Positions 17,225-26,774 of a DNA stretch of 64,000 bases are shown here, in pieces. Position numbers and translations under genes: made by a program. The stretch comes from a virus, in the IMG/VR virus record IMGVR_UViG_3300032722_000006, positions 81,284-145,283 of that record. One strand, written 5' to 3'. Below the pieces are notes generated by a model, which saw only the letters and a program-made list of their open reading frames with translations, had not been told where the DNA came from and did no database searches. Every line of letters starts with the position of its first letter. Position 1 is the first letter of the stretch.

Positions 17225-18579
17225 GTAGCTTCAATGTACCTCACTCCTGCCTCAATGACCTTCGGATCAACATCAGCAGCCGAGCGGAGACGCATGTACA
17301 CCGGAAAGCGCATCTTGCCGTCCTTGCTCAGACCGTCAGCAGTGAGCGGATCAGGTTGCGCCTTACACTCCACGATCTTGCCGATCCATGCATCTGGAGT
17401 ATCGAGTTGGATCTGAGCACGTTCTGCGTCATTGAACCCGCCTCCGCACCGGGTGACGATGCCGTTTGGAAGCACTACGTAGAAACCTCCCCACAGTCCT
17501 TCACGCTTGCTACCGCGGTGTCCCTCATAGTGACCCACGATGACGCCTTCGTACGTGACGAAAGGCTTCAGTTTGAGGATATTCTCGCTGCGCTTGAAGA
17601 CGTACGGCGTATTGAGGGTCTTCAGCATGACGCCTTCGAAACCTTCGTCCATGCACTTCGCGAAGTACGCCTTGAGCTCGAGCTCATTCTTCGCCATGAT
17701 GTGCGGGACCTGCCGCACAGGAGATCCTTCAGGAAGAGCGTCCATGATGACGCCGACGTTCGCAGCTCGGAGACGATACTGTTCGTCGTCCTCCTGCGAT
17801 TCCCAACTCTTGATGCTCACACAGTCGAAGACGTTGTAGATGAGGTTACTGTCATCTTTCTTCGTCTTTGACGACATCAGGACGCTGGCACTCTCGTTCC
17901 AATCAGCAGCCATGGCCTCGCCATCGAGTACGCTGTTATCGAACGGTGCAGCCTCGAGCACAGCCTTGATGCGCGGGAGCGTATCGAGCACCGTGCCGTT
18001 GCGGGTGTAGAAGGTGACCACACCCTGCTTCTTCACTGCGATGCAGCGCAGGCCATCGAGCTTCGGCTCGACACGGACCGGGTAGCTCACGGGCTCGAGG
18101 ATCTTGATGCCTTCGCCTTTGACGAACTCGCTCTTGAGGGTGCATGCGAGCGCGACAGCAAAGCTCTTGACGATGCCTGGCCACACCTTGTTGATGCTCG
18201 ACTCCTGCACGCCACAACGCAGGTTCTTCAGGAGGATGCGTAGGCACCACTTCTGGAGCGTCTCATTGGGCATTGACCTGAAGCGACTCTCCACCAGAGC
18301 CTTCGCTGCATTTCCCGTCACCTTCCGTGTGGACAGCTGCGTCTGTAGCGTATCAAGAAAATCCTCAAGAAATTCATCATCACTGATCTCATGTGAGAGC
18401 ACGCCCGGCTTGGGCATCTTGAACTTGTTGACGTAGTACACCGTGTAGGGATCCTGCGCCGCCACGAACACACGCTTCAGGAGCTCGTTTTTTCGATGAA
18501 GCTCCAGGATGTCGCGCTTCGCATTGCTTCCAGCAGTCGCCTCAAGCTCTTCGAGAATGTCAATGACCGTGTCGCTCAT
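17221..18579 (-). CDS. ATP-dependent DNA ligase
   Basis: EPKLDGLR, LDGE, VFD, EGVMLK, LKLKP, MRFPVY. Confidence 0.95.
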   Translation of the reverse strand: MSDTVIDILEELEATAGSNAKRDILELHRKNELLKRVFVAAQDPYTVYYVNKFKMPKPGVLSHEISDDEFLEDFLDTLQTQLSTRKVTGNAAKALVESRFRSMPNETLQKWCLRILLKNLRCGVQESSINKVWPGIVKSFAVALACTLKSEFVKGEGIKILEPVSYPVRVEPKLDGLRCIAVKKQGVVTFYTRNGTVLDTLPRIKAVLEAAPFDNSVLDGEAMAADWNESASVLMSSKTKKDDSNLIYNVFDCVSIKSWESQEDDEQYRLRAANVGVIMDALPEGSPVRQVPHIMAKNELELKAYFAKCMDEGFEGVMLKTLNTPYVFKRSENILKLKPFVTYEGVIVGHYEGHRGSKREGLWGGFYVVLPNGIVTRCGGGFNDAERAQIQLDTPDAWIGKIVECKAQPDPLTADGLSKDGKMRFPVYMRLRSAADVDPKVIEAGVRYIEAT

Positions 18580-18818
18580 GGGTCCACCTTACCACAGCCG
18601 CCCGCGGGTTGCACAAGTGCCCGGGCAAGAAGACTTGCTTCGATGCTTGTCATGACAGTGCGAATCGCTTCGCCGTCGTCATTTATCTGAACGATCTCAA
18701 TCTCTCCCGAACGTCGATCGCGATAGACGTAGATCGTTGATCGATCGTCAGCATCGTCATGCTCAAAGATCTGATCGCAGGAGTCCCTATACGTGTCGAG
18801 GTTGATGATGTCTCCCAT
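18576..18818 (-). CDS. hypothetical protein
   Basis: SD GGAG; ORF. Confidence 0.55.
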   Translation of the reverse strand: MGDIINLDTYRDSCDQIFEHDDADDRSTIYVYRDRRSGEIEIVQINDDGEAIRTVMTSIEASLLARALVQPAGGCGKVDP

Positions 18819-18827
18819 TTCGATCTC

Positions 18828-19262
18828 CTACAGAAGCTTCAACACGTTTAGATCGTGGACTATGCAGCGACCGACGGGCGTGATGAACGTGTGCTTGACA
18901 ACACGTACCTCATGAGGAACACCCGAGATTACCTTGCGTTCAGAGACCCTTACCGGTCCTGAATACATCAGTAGCGATCCTTTCGGAACAGGCGCCTTTC
19001 CATCATCACCATGATATTTTTCGAGCGGAGCGAACGGATACACACCACGCTCAGTCGAAATCTTCATGTCAAACTTTGCCATCACTGGGTGACCGGTGAC
19101 AAGCGCTGAGGCGATCTCGTTGTTCTTCAACGAGACGGGTGCTTTGTAGGGTGCCGGGATCGCTCGCTTGGACGAAATCGGTCCTGTTTGCGGATCCTTC
19201 CACTCGATCGTAGTGTCCACCGCAATCTTGATGGGCTTTTTATTGTTGGTGTAGTGCCGCAT
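18828..19262 (-). CDS. hypothetical protein
   Basis: GTGTAA-N18-TAGTAT-N6-ATG. Confidence 0.65.
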   Translation of the reverse strand: MRHYTNNKKPIKIAVDTTIEWKDPQTGPISSKRAIPAPYKAPVSLKNNEIASALVTGHPVMAKFDMKISTERGVYPFAPLEKYHGDDGKAPVPKGSLLMYSGPVRVSERKVISGVPHEVRVVKHTFITPVGRCIVHDLNVLKLL

Positions 19263-19493
19263 AGAACAATACTACCACCCGTGGAGTGTACTTTACACAG
19301 TACGACAATGGGCCCGTGTCTCCGACGTTTGCTGTCGTATGACCGGGCCCTACGTTACTTGCGATAGGCAGTTCTCGCGTTCACATTCTCTTATCAAGTG
19401 ACCCGCATGCGTGTGTTACACGCTGCCCGGGCGCTTACTTGTGGGGGCCAAAGCACACTCCCCCAACGTTAGAACACTGTGTTTTTTCTCATG

Positions 19494-19934
19494 TCATGCA
19501 CTTGTTCCTTTCGCCATGCGTTCACGATCAGGGTTCTCAAATCTCTCTAGCAGAGGCACGATGTACTTTTCCCACATCATGTCACATACCATGTCCTTGC
19601 GTGCTGTCTTCTCGTCCCTAGATGGAGTCGTCTTTCCTACACCAAGCCTGTGCGTCAAACCGATCGATGCAGTTTCACTTGCGGATGTCCCCGACTGCTT
19701 CAGGACCTCATTTACCTTCGCTCGAGCTGCCTTGCGCCAAAGCTTGCGAAACTTGCGCTTGAGCGCGCGGGCTTCCTCGCGTGATAGCTGTGATAGCGCT
19801 CGACGCATGTCAAGATGAGAATTTTCCATGGGAAGGATACCGGACTCGAACATCACCGCGTTGATGAACGCACGGTCAACGTCCCTGAGTTCGCTAAGCC
19901 TCGTGCGTTTTTGCTTCTTTGTTGTCCACGCCAT
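19494..19934 (-). CDS. hypothetical protein
   Basis: basic helical ORF. Confidence 0.6.
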   Translation of the reverse strand: MAWTTKKQKRTRLSELRDVDRAFINAVMFESGILPMENSHLDMRRALSQLSREEARALKRKFRKLWRKAARAKVNEVLKQSGTSASETASIGLTHRLGVGKTTPSRDEKTARKDMVCDMMWEKYIVPLLERFENPDRERMAKGTSA

Positions 19935-20469
19935 GTCCGTACCCGTCGACTTTCAATGCAGCTTTCAAGTGGGTCTTTATGCAGTCTGCTTTCGTACGAT
20001 TGTATCTCTCCACGCTAAGATCTACATTCAAGCGTTCTGCAAGTTTGAGCCCACGTGCCCACGCTTCGAATTCTTCGTCTATGATGTCAACCTGATGAAC
20101 GAACGTGCGCGTGACATCAATGTCACTCGAGCGGTAACCGTTGCCAAACCTGTCAGTCGAATCTCGCTCCTTCGTCTCAACGAGATGGTGCCCGCATTCG
20201 TGCAAAAGCGTGTGAAGTTGCTTCTCGGGACCTAGATGACAGCTAATCTTGATACGTTTTTCATCATGAATGTAAACACCCCCGTTGGGGGTCTTCACAA
20301 ACTCAACCATCACGCCACGAGTTTTGCACCACTCGATGATGACTCCCAACCCCTCGATCGAAGGAATGTCGATCATGTACGTTGTTGACCGTCGTCCCGT
20401 TGCTACGACCTTCTGGAGTCGTTGGTACGCACGTGTCCTCCAGAGGTCCGGGTCGAAGCTTCTCGGCAC
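19894..20469 (-). CDS. ImmA/IrrE-like zinc metallopeptidase
   Basis: TLLHECGH...EEFEAW; GTACTTA-N4-GTG. Confidence 0.7.
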   Translation of the reverse strand: MPRSFDPDLWRTRAYQRLQKVVATGRRSTTYMIDIPSIEGLGVIIEWCKTRGVMVEFVKTPNGGVYIHDEKRIKISCHLGPEKQLHTLLHECGHHLVETKERDSTDRFGNGYRSSDIDVTRTFVHQVDIIDEEFEAWARGLKLAERLNVDLSVERYNRTKADCIKTHLKAALKVDGYGHGVDNKEAKTHEA

Positions 20470-20512
20470 GATCTAAGTACCGTTGACATCGACCCGGACG
20501 CCTCTCGTTACC

Positions 20513-21748
20513 TCACTTTGCCGCCTTCGGCGGGCTGAAGACGCCTGGAACGTTCGGGATGACGCCCACGCCTTGCTCGCCCATCGGGACACCGAACACT
20601 CCCAGGACCGTCGAAGCGCAGTACTTGTGAATGCTCTTCGCGAGGTCGACCTTGTCGATTCCGGACGCAGTGAGCTTGCTCCAGAGCGAGATTTTCAGCT
20701 CGTCAGGAAGATCCTTGATGAGCTGCGAGATGTTGTTTCCCTGCTGTTCAGTGAGCTTATTGACGCTGCCACCGGTGACGTAGTCAGCAACCTTTTCAAC
20801 AATCTCGTTGAGCTGACCTTGCTTGCGACGACCAACCTTCGTCTTCACCTTGGGATCCTGCATGTACTTGTTGACGATTTCCTCGCCTGTGACTCGATTG
20901 TCGATGCTCTTTGCGTACGCCCTGAATGCGATCGACGCCTCGACGCCGAGGAATCCCAGGCAGATGTGATAGAAGAGCCCGTTCTCCGGCTTCTCCAGGA
21001 CGTCAGCGTACACGAGTGCATTGTGCGTCATGACCCACGAGCGAGGACTCGTTGTGACCTCACCCGGATCGACCTCCTTGGGAGGATACAGCCATGATCC
21101 TCCCTTCGGACGCTTTGTCGCGGCGATGAAGTCCGGGAACAGCGGGTCGAGATTGCCTCCCTGTTCCGGAGTCTTGTCACGTGCCCACTCGCACCACTCT
21201 TCCTCATCCGGCTCGAGATCAATGACGAAGAAGCGGTCGAGCAGCGCCGGATCCATCTCATTGACCGTATAGATCGAACCTGTGTTGATCGCGCTGTACA
21301 CCCGGCTTTCGGGGTGCAGCTTCCACCCATTGAGCTCACGATCAAGGACGATCTGGAACGCTGCCTGCATGACCTCAGGCGTAGCGCGGTTCAACTCGTC
21401 TAGGAAGAGTGCAGTCGGTTCTCTGCACGCTGCCTTGTACCAGTCGGGAGGATTGAAGCGAGTGCACTCACCATCAGTGCTCGGAAGACCTACCATGTCG
21501 CCTTCAGACATCTGGCTGAGGCGCCTGTCGGTGACCTTGAAGAAGTCCTTCAGGTCTTTGTACTTCGACATGTCTACGATCTTTACCGTCGCATCGCAGT
21601 GCTTCTTGCGAAGCAACGAAACTACCTGCCTGATCACTTGCGACTTTCCGATGCCGTGCGGCGAGCGGAGCAGAACTGACGTGCAAGGAGGAAGCGCGAT
21701 AGCGACCTTCTTGAACGTCTTGATGGACATTGACGTCTTCGTACCCAT
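20513..21748 (-). CDS. MoxR-like AAA+ ATPase
   Basis: PHGIGKS, LFLDELNRA, MDPALLDRF, SPRSW. Confidence 0.9.
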   Translation of the reverse strand: MGTKTSMSIKTFKKVAIALPPCTSVLLRSPHGIGKSQVIRQVVSLLRKKHCDATVKIVDMSKYKDLKDFFKVTDRRLSQMSEGDMVGLPSTDGECTRFNPPDWYKAACREPTALFLDELNRATPEVMQAAFQIVLDRELNGWKLHPESRVYSAINTGSIYTVNEMDPALLDRFFVIDLEPDEEEWCEWARDKTPEQGGNLDPLFPDFIAATKRPKGGSWLYPPKEVDPGEVTTSPRSWVMTHNALVYADVLEKPENGLFYHICLGFLGVEASIAFRAYAKSIDNRVTGEEIVNKYMQDPKVKTKVGRRKQGQLNEIVEKVADYVTGGSVNKLTEQQGNNISQLIKDLPDELKISLWSKLTASGIDKVDLAKSIHKYCASTVLGVFGVPMGEQGVGVIPNVPGVFSPPKAAK

Positions 21749-21863
21749 TCGTCGTTCTCCTGGTTGATGGAGCTACCGTACCACGATGGAGCGCAAACTT
21801 ACACTCGCATGACCGTGCAACATGGTTCAGTGTACCACTGCGTCACGCAGCTATACACTTTTG

Positions 21864-22262
21864 TCAAATGAGGCGCATACGCACACGAGCAGCGATCGTA
21901 GGAAGTTCATCCGCTAGCTCTTCGTATACTTTCCACTTACCTTTGAGGATCCTGTGGCATGTGTAGTACGACAGGCGTCCAATCGATTCAATGACCTCAC
22001 GATCGCGTTCAATGCTAGCCGGCGCAATTGCATCGATCCACAACACCCAATCACCGATTCGTTGGAATGCCGTGAAGTCACCTGCTTTGCGAGCGTCGGC
22101 GTATGCAATTACAATCGAACGGTTCACAAAGACATCTTCGTCCGTTGGGTGACTCAGCGTCTTCAACACACTCGTGACGTACGCGACTGTTTCAGGTTCG
22201 TAGTTCAATCCTGTGAGCCTGTCGGCAAACCACGTATCCAAACTCTTGATGATGTCCATCAT
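21864..22262 (-). CDS. hypothetical protein
   Basis: RIGDWVLW...GRLSY...YEELA helical protein. Confidence 0.6.
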   Translation of the reverse strand: MMDIIKSLDTWFADRLTGLNYEPETVAYVTSVLKTLSHPTDEDVFVNRSIVIAYADARKAGDFTAFQRIGDWVLWIDAIAPASIERDREVIESIGRLSYYTCHRILKGKWKVYEELADELPTIAARVRMRLI

Positions 22263-22301
22263 GGTTGCGTAACGGAGGCTGCCTCCTGGCTGTGATCCTA
22301 C

Positions 22302-22760
22302 TCAATCGTCTTGTGTACCGCTCTTTTTATGTTCAGTGGTGGATACCACCTTCGTTGCACGAGCCTTTTTTGATGTGGCAACCGTGGGCCCGTCAATTGC
22401 CGTCAGGAACGGCACTGTGGATGTGAAAGAGACGCCTGGTTGTGACACCGGCGCGTCGGGGTCGATCGGCGTGCCTGTTGGTTCATCGATGACAGGAGGC
22501 GCTTCAAGAACGACCACGCCTTCCCGTGCGCTGTTCACCTTTGCTGCTGCTGGAAAGGCATGAACGAACTCTTCTGCAGTAGGAGCGACCACACCCATAC
22601 GATCGCACCATTGTTGCAGACCACCGTGGGTTGTCACGCCCAGTTCAGTGACAAATTTTGCAAGCGTCGTCTTCCGACGTCTGAGAAGATGTGCCAATGT
22701 CAACTTGGGCTGGTTCTTCAAGACTACCCGACCGGGCGTGCCACGTCCTTCTCTGGCCAT
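22302..22760 (-). CDS. hypothetical protein
   Basis: ORF following HTH gene. Confidence 0.55.
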   Translation of the reverse strand: MAREGRGTPGRVVLKNQPKLTLAHLLRRRKTTLAKFVTELGVTTHGGLQQWCDRMGVVAPTAEEFVHAFPAAAKVNSAREGVVVLEAPPVIDEPTGTPIDPDAPVSQPGVSFTSTVPFLTAIDGPTVATSKKARATKVVSTTEHKKSGTQDD

Positions 22761-22764
22761 TGTC

Positions 22765-23073
22765 TTATCTATTCTTCCTACGCCGACGTTGCGCTTCGAT
22801 GATCTGAAGAAGATCGGCCACTCCGTGTTGGAAGCCCGGATCTTTTGCGATCTCGTAGACTTTCTTTTCGTCGAAGTCAACGTCCATGTCGTCAGTGAAT
22901 GCCTTCACGAACTTCTGCATGACGCGCAGGACGTAGTTACGCGCTGACGAGTGGTTCATGCTGAACCCAAGCTCTGTCATCGTGTCAGCGATCTCGCGGT
23001 AGTTGATGCCGTCGTCCTCTGTGACAGTTACGTATCCTCTGTTTACGTGTGAACCCTTGCGCAGTGTCATCAT
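22765..23073 (-). CDS. HTH DNA-binding protein
   Basis: GINYREIADTM...HSSARN. Confidence 0.6.
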   Translation of the reverse strand: MMTLRKGSHVNRGYVTVTEDDGINYREIADTMTELGFSMNHSSARNYVLRVMQKFVKAFTDDMDVDFDEKKVYEIAKDPGFQHGVADLLQIIEAQRRRRKNR

Positions 23074-23085
23074 AACCTCTTTCGT

Positions 23086-23517
23086 TCACTTCTCAGGCGT
23101 TGACTTCGATGATTGTTGTGCGACGGGCGTAGCCACAGGCTGACGCTCGTGACGACTTTCCTTGATGAATTGGACCCTATTGTTGGGAGGAACAGGCGCG
23201 GAACATGCGTCTCCGACCGGCGCCTTACGTTGAGGTGGAGGTGGAGTGTCATCAGCATCGACGAAAATGCGCCTGCTAATCTGCGGTGCGAACATCGATG
23301 TTGCTTGCGTCAGTTCGCGCGTAAGCTTCTGAGCGTTTCCTTCACCTGCGTCAGCCACGATCTCTGACTGCTTAGCATACTGACTGTGCAATTGAGACTG
23401 TTGCACTGCAGGCGCAAGCGGCCTGCGAGCTGTCATGATCAGGCGGATTGATGTCGCAGTTGACAGCATCGCTAAGCTGCCAGCTGCGACATACGTGAAG
23501 AAATCCGATGGGATCAT
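23086..23517 (-). CDS. membrane-anchored hypothetical protein
   Basis: N-terminal hydrophobic helix. Confidence 0.55.
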   Translation of the reverse strand: MIPSDFFTYVAAGSLAMLSTATSIRLIMTARRPLAPAVQQSQLHSQYAKQSEIVADAGEGNAQKLTRELTQATSMFAPQISRRIFVDADDTPPPPQRKAPVGDACSAPVPPNNRVQFIKESRHERQPVATPVAQQSSKSTPEK

Positions 23518-24350
23518 GTGAGCCCGGTGCCAGCCTCGAGGACCATGCGGGCTTCCTCCTCAGTGATCGGATACTCCGCTGAGTTCGTTGCGTCCTCTAC
23601 GAGACCGAAACGAAGACGAAGGATCGCCGCTTCTTTCTGTGAGAGACCATTGAGCACCTGCTGCGTGATCTCCAGCAGTTGCTTCTCTGCAACGTTCGTG
23701 AAGGGATCGCAACCGGGACGTTCGTCCTCAACCTTATCCTCAATGGTGTCGCCGTCACCGCTCGAGGAGAGCGGTTGCTGCAGAGAGATCGTCCCGCGGC
23801 CAGAGTGCATCGTAGCCTTGACGACTGTCTCGCTTGCACCGACGATGCCCTGGAGTTCTTCCTGCGTGGGCTCACAACCCATTGTCTCGCGAAATTCCTC
23901 CGCTGCCTGCAACATCTTACGTTGCACTGCTGCTGCATGTGCCGGGAGACGAATGATGCGCTTTCGCTTCAGGATCGCCTGACCGATCGCCTGCTTGATC
24001 CACCACGTTGCGTATGTGGAGAACCTGAAGCCTTTCTCCCACTTGAAGCGGTCGATCGACTTCATGAGGCCGATGTTGCCCTCCTGGATGATGTCCTCGA
24101 TTGGGATGTTGTGTCCCTTGTACTGCTTCGCGATCGAGACGACGAGACGGAGGTTGCACTCCGTCAACTTCGCTCGGATCTTCTTGGCTTCCGAAGTACG
24201 ATCGATGACTTCGTTCTCCGCGTCACGAGTGCAGCCCGCATCGTACTTCTTGAAGAGCTCTACCACCTCAGGGTGCTTGAGCTGTGGGAAGTTGTGAAGT
24301 GCGTCAAGGTACGACCTGACGATGTTGTGTTCTGTGTTATCTGCGCGCAT
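23514..24350 (-). CDS. sigma-70 family factor (RpoD/SigA-like), region 4.2 degenerate
   Basis: NLRLVVSIAK, DIIQEGNIGL, FSTYATWWIKQAI, IRLP, LRLRFGL. Confidence 0.92.
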   Translation of the reverse strand: MRADNTEHNIVRSYLDALHNFPQLKHPEVVELFKKYDAGCTRDAENEVIDRTSEAKKIRAKLTECNLRLVVSIAKQYKGHNIPIEDIIQEGNIGLMKSIDRFKWEKGFRFSTYATWWIKQAIGQAILKRKRIIRLPAHAAAVQRKMLQAAEEFRETMGCEPTQEELQGIVGASETVVKATMHSGRGTISLQQPLSSSGDGDTIEDKVEDERPGCDPFTNVAEKQLLEITQQVLNGLSQKEAAILRLRFGLVEDATNSAEYPITEEEARMVLEAGTGLT

Positions 24351-24739
24351 CAGCTCCACCTTGTGGGTCGTCCACCCGTTGCGGCGTACACGAACGCCAT
24401 GTTGTCGAAGTCACCGGCGGGCAGGTGCCGCTCGTCGGACTCGAATTCTACGCCCGCAGTCCGGACGAACTCTGCATGCGTCTCGCGCCTGACTCGCCTG
24501 ACCTGCTGTTCACGTCTGACGTAGGCAATCTCCTCCTGCCACACTCGAGGATCAGATCGACCGTTCGTTTCTGCACGGTCGAGCCCCTGCTCGAGGGCTC
24601 GCAGGTGGTCAATCATGTCCTCATCCGACATCGTCGCTAGCACATCGATGCTCACGACCTCAGGCGTGTTCACCGCGCTGTACGTGCGCTGCGTTGCGGT
24701 TTCAGTCGTCTCGTTGCGCTGCTTCCTATTCTTCTGCAC
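24350..24739 (-). CDS. hypothetical protein
   Basis: coupled to sigma gene. Confidence 0.6.
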   Translation of the reverse strand: MQKNRKQRNETTETATQRTYSAVNTPEVVSIDVLATMSDEDMIDHLRALEQGLDRAETNGRSDPRVWQEEIAYVRREQQVRRVRRETHAEFVRTAGVEFESDERHLPAGDFDNMAFVYAATGGRPTRWS

Positions 24740-24865
24740 GTGTTCCTCTTTTCGTTAGGGCCCCGTGAAGGGCATTCAACGTTTGACATCTGTGTATGCT
24801 GTGAGGCAATTTAGACGTTAGGGACGTATGGTGTTTATATTACACCTCCTTCGAGGCTTGTACAA

Positions 24866-25069
24866 TCACTTTGTTTGAGGTGGATTCTTCGTGTTTGTGT
24901 GGCCGATCCTGATTCGCTTGATGTCATCCATCGCCCTGATCGTCGCAAGCGCGAGCTTCATCTGACCCTGCGAACCCGAGATCACCGCAGTGCATAGCAC
25001 GTCAGCAGCGGCGACAAGGGCAGCGACCGCGTCAAGTACTTCGGTGTCAACTGTCACAGTTTTGTTCAT
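24866..25069 (-). CDS. hypothetical protein
   Basis: SD AAGGAG. Confidence 0.55.
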   Translation of the reverse strand: MNKTVTVDTEVLDAVAALVAAADVLCTAVISGSQGQMKLALATIRAMDDIKRIRIGHTNTKNPPQTK

Positions 25070-25081
25070 CAGGCGTCTCCT

Positions 25082-25420
25082 TCAGTTGAGGTCAGAACCA
25101 AACTTCTTCGTTGAGATTGTTTCGACGAGCTGCTTTGTCTCATCAGCGATGCGTGTCAACTCAGTGACGTACCGGGAACAACGCTCGAACGTTTCATCAT
25201 CGAGTTTCACCTTTATGTCCTCGTAGTATTCAGTCTCCAGGACAAAATTCATGATCTCGACGTATACGATGGCCGCCATCTTCATGTGCTTGCACGCCTT
25301 CGCAAGATCGGGCTTGATGCCCAACGCTTCCTTCGAAAGGTTCAGCTGTTCATCTGCAACGTCAAGAGCCTTGTTGACAGTCTCGTTAAGCGTCAATGCG
25401 TCCATGGAGTACCCTATCAT
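25082..25420 (-). CDS. hypothetical protein
   Basis: ATGA-coupled helical ORF. Confidence 0.55.
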   Translation of the reverse strand: MIGYSMDALTLNETVNKALDVADEQLNLSKEALGIKPDLAKACKHMKMAAIVYVEIMNFVLETEYYEDIKVKLDDETFERCSRYVTELTRIADETKQLVETISTKKFGSDLN

Positions 25421-25836
25421 GGTTTGTACCCACGTTGCACTGTCAGAGGAATGCCGCCGCACTTGATGGGACACAATGATTCATATATGCCCGTGCGATC
25501 TTTGATCACGTTCCAGACGCCTGATTGCGGTTCAAAACGCCAGACGACATCCGCACCGGACATGAGGCCTGCCGGCATCCTACCACCTCTCTCGAGCATC
25601 CTCATTATCGATGCGTCCTCAATCACAACGAGATGGATCTGTCCATCATCTGGGCTGACGTACGTGTAGCTTCGCGGGATCGTCAATGCATTGATTGTTG
25701 TGACCAGGTCGTCTACCTCATCGCTGTCAGTTGTTCTCCTGATCCTGCGATAACACTCAATGAGCATTCGCGACCTTTCACCCACGAGAGGGACGTCCAT
25801 GAGAACATCATACCTCTCCAGAGAAGGGACTTGCAC
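25417..25836 (-). CDS. hypothetical protein
   Basis: ORF; start uncertain. Confidence 0.5.
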   Translation of the reverse strand: MQVPSLERYDVLMDVPLVGERSRMLIECYRRIRRTTDSDEVDDLVTTINALTIPRSYTYVSPDDGQIHLVVIEDASIMRMLERGGRMPAGLMSGADVVWRFEPQSGVWNVIKDRTGIYESLCPIKCGGIPLTVQRGYKP

Positions 25837-25850
25837 AACTTGCGTTCCGA
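25835..25850. repeat. 16-bp inverted repeat partner of 29165-29180
   Basis: ACAACTTGCGTTCCGA vs TCGGAACGCAAGTTGT. Confidence 0.75.
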
Positions 25851-25947
25851 CGAAGCGCGGGGAGAAGACGGACCAGCCGTAGTCTCCCAGGCACAGTTAT
25901 CCGGTGCGCACCGGACACCCTTCCTTTTCAGGACGTGCTGTGGGATT

Positions 25948-26022
25948 TGGTTGAGGCAGTAGGACTTGCACCTACGTGATCAGGGTCAGAACCTGACATA
26001 CTCGCTGCTGTATGATGCCTCA
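25948..26022 (-). tRNA. tRNA-Gln(CUG), CCA encoded
   Basis: TCAGG-TTCTGAC-CCTGA; U1:A72. Confidence 0.88.
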
Positions 26023-26023
26023 G

Positions 26024-26096
26024 TTGAGGTGGAGGGATTCGAACCCCCGTATGTGGCTTCAAAGACCACGGTCCTGGGCCGCTGGACGACACCTCA
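26024..26096 (-). tRNA. tRNA-Gln(UUG)
   Basis: GTGGT-CTTTGAA-GCCAC. Confidence 0.9.
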
Positions 26097-26236
26097 ATGG
26101 TGATGCTTTTCTTTTATCGTGCTACACACTCTTGTGCTGGTTCGACGTCGATAATTTCACTGGGAGAGCATCAACTCGCAATGAAAACAGCTAACGTTAT
26201 CCACACAAGACACTGCGTCGATTTGAGCGCAGTTAG

Positions 26237-26308
26237 CAGGGGCACTCGGACTCGAACCGAGGTGATCCGTTTTGGAGACGGACATCCTAGCCGCTAAATG
26301 ATACCCCT
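26237..26308 (-). tRNA. tRNA-Trp(CCA)
   Basis: TCCGT-CTCCAAA-ACGGA; G73. Confidence 0.9.
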
Positions 26309-26346
26309 GTGAAACACGCATGTTCTGCCGATTGAGCTACATTCAC
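26309..26346 (-). pseudogene. orphan tRNA 5' half
   Basis: GTGAATG-TA-GCTCAATCGGCAGAAC abutting tRNA-Trp. Confidence 0.5.
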
Positions 26347-26410
26347 GTTCCCTGCCACTGTCGAGGGATTGTGAAGACGACGTAGATAAACCGTAAAACA
26401 TTGCGTGTAG

Positions 26411-26481
26411 CGGACACGACGGGATTCGAACCCGCATGCGTTCCCTAGACAGGGGAATGGCCTCCAGTGGCCCACGTATCC
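26411..26481 (-). tRNA. tRNA-Asp(GUC)
   Basis: TTCCC-CTGTCTA-GGGAA; G73. Confidence 0.82.
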
Positions 26482-26700
26482 ATTTCGTATCAGTGCCGAC
26501 TCCTGGTGTTGAGCCAGGCCAATCCTCCTGTGACCGCTTCACATCACTGATTCGCAATGATTCGAGATCTCGGTGTGAATGCCGGCTGATGTAGCCGGTG
26601 GGTTTCGTCGCTCCCTCAATCGGCGTAAGATGCTGCTGACTCCCGGGAGGCGAACGCCTCCACTCGAGAGGCGTGAATTCGTCTCTCTAGGACTCAGCGG

Positions 26701-26773
26701 TGGAATTGAAGGGATTCGAACCCTCTACCTCCTGCATGCCGTGCAGGCGCTCTCCCAATTGAGCTACAATCCC
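26701..26773 (-). tRNA. tRNA-Ala(GGC), C33
   Basis: CCTGC-ACGGCAT-GCAGG; G3:U70. Confidence 0.9.
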
Positions 26774-26774
26774 G

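Noticed and set aside
19300-19475. Full-length tmRNA
   Set aside because: No acceptor stem, T-arm or tag ORF.
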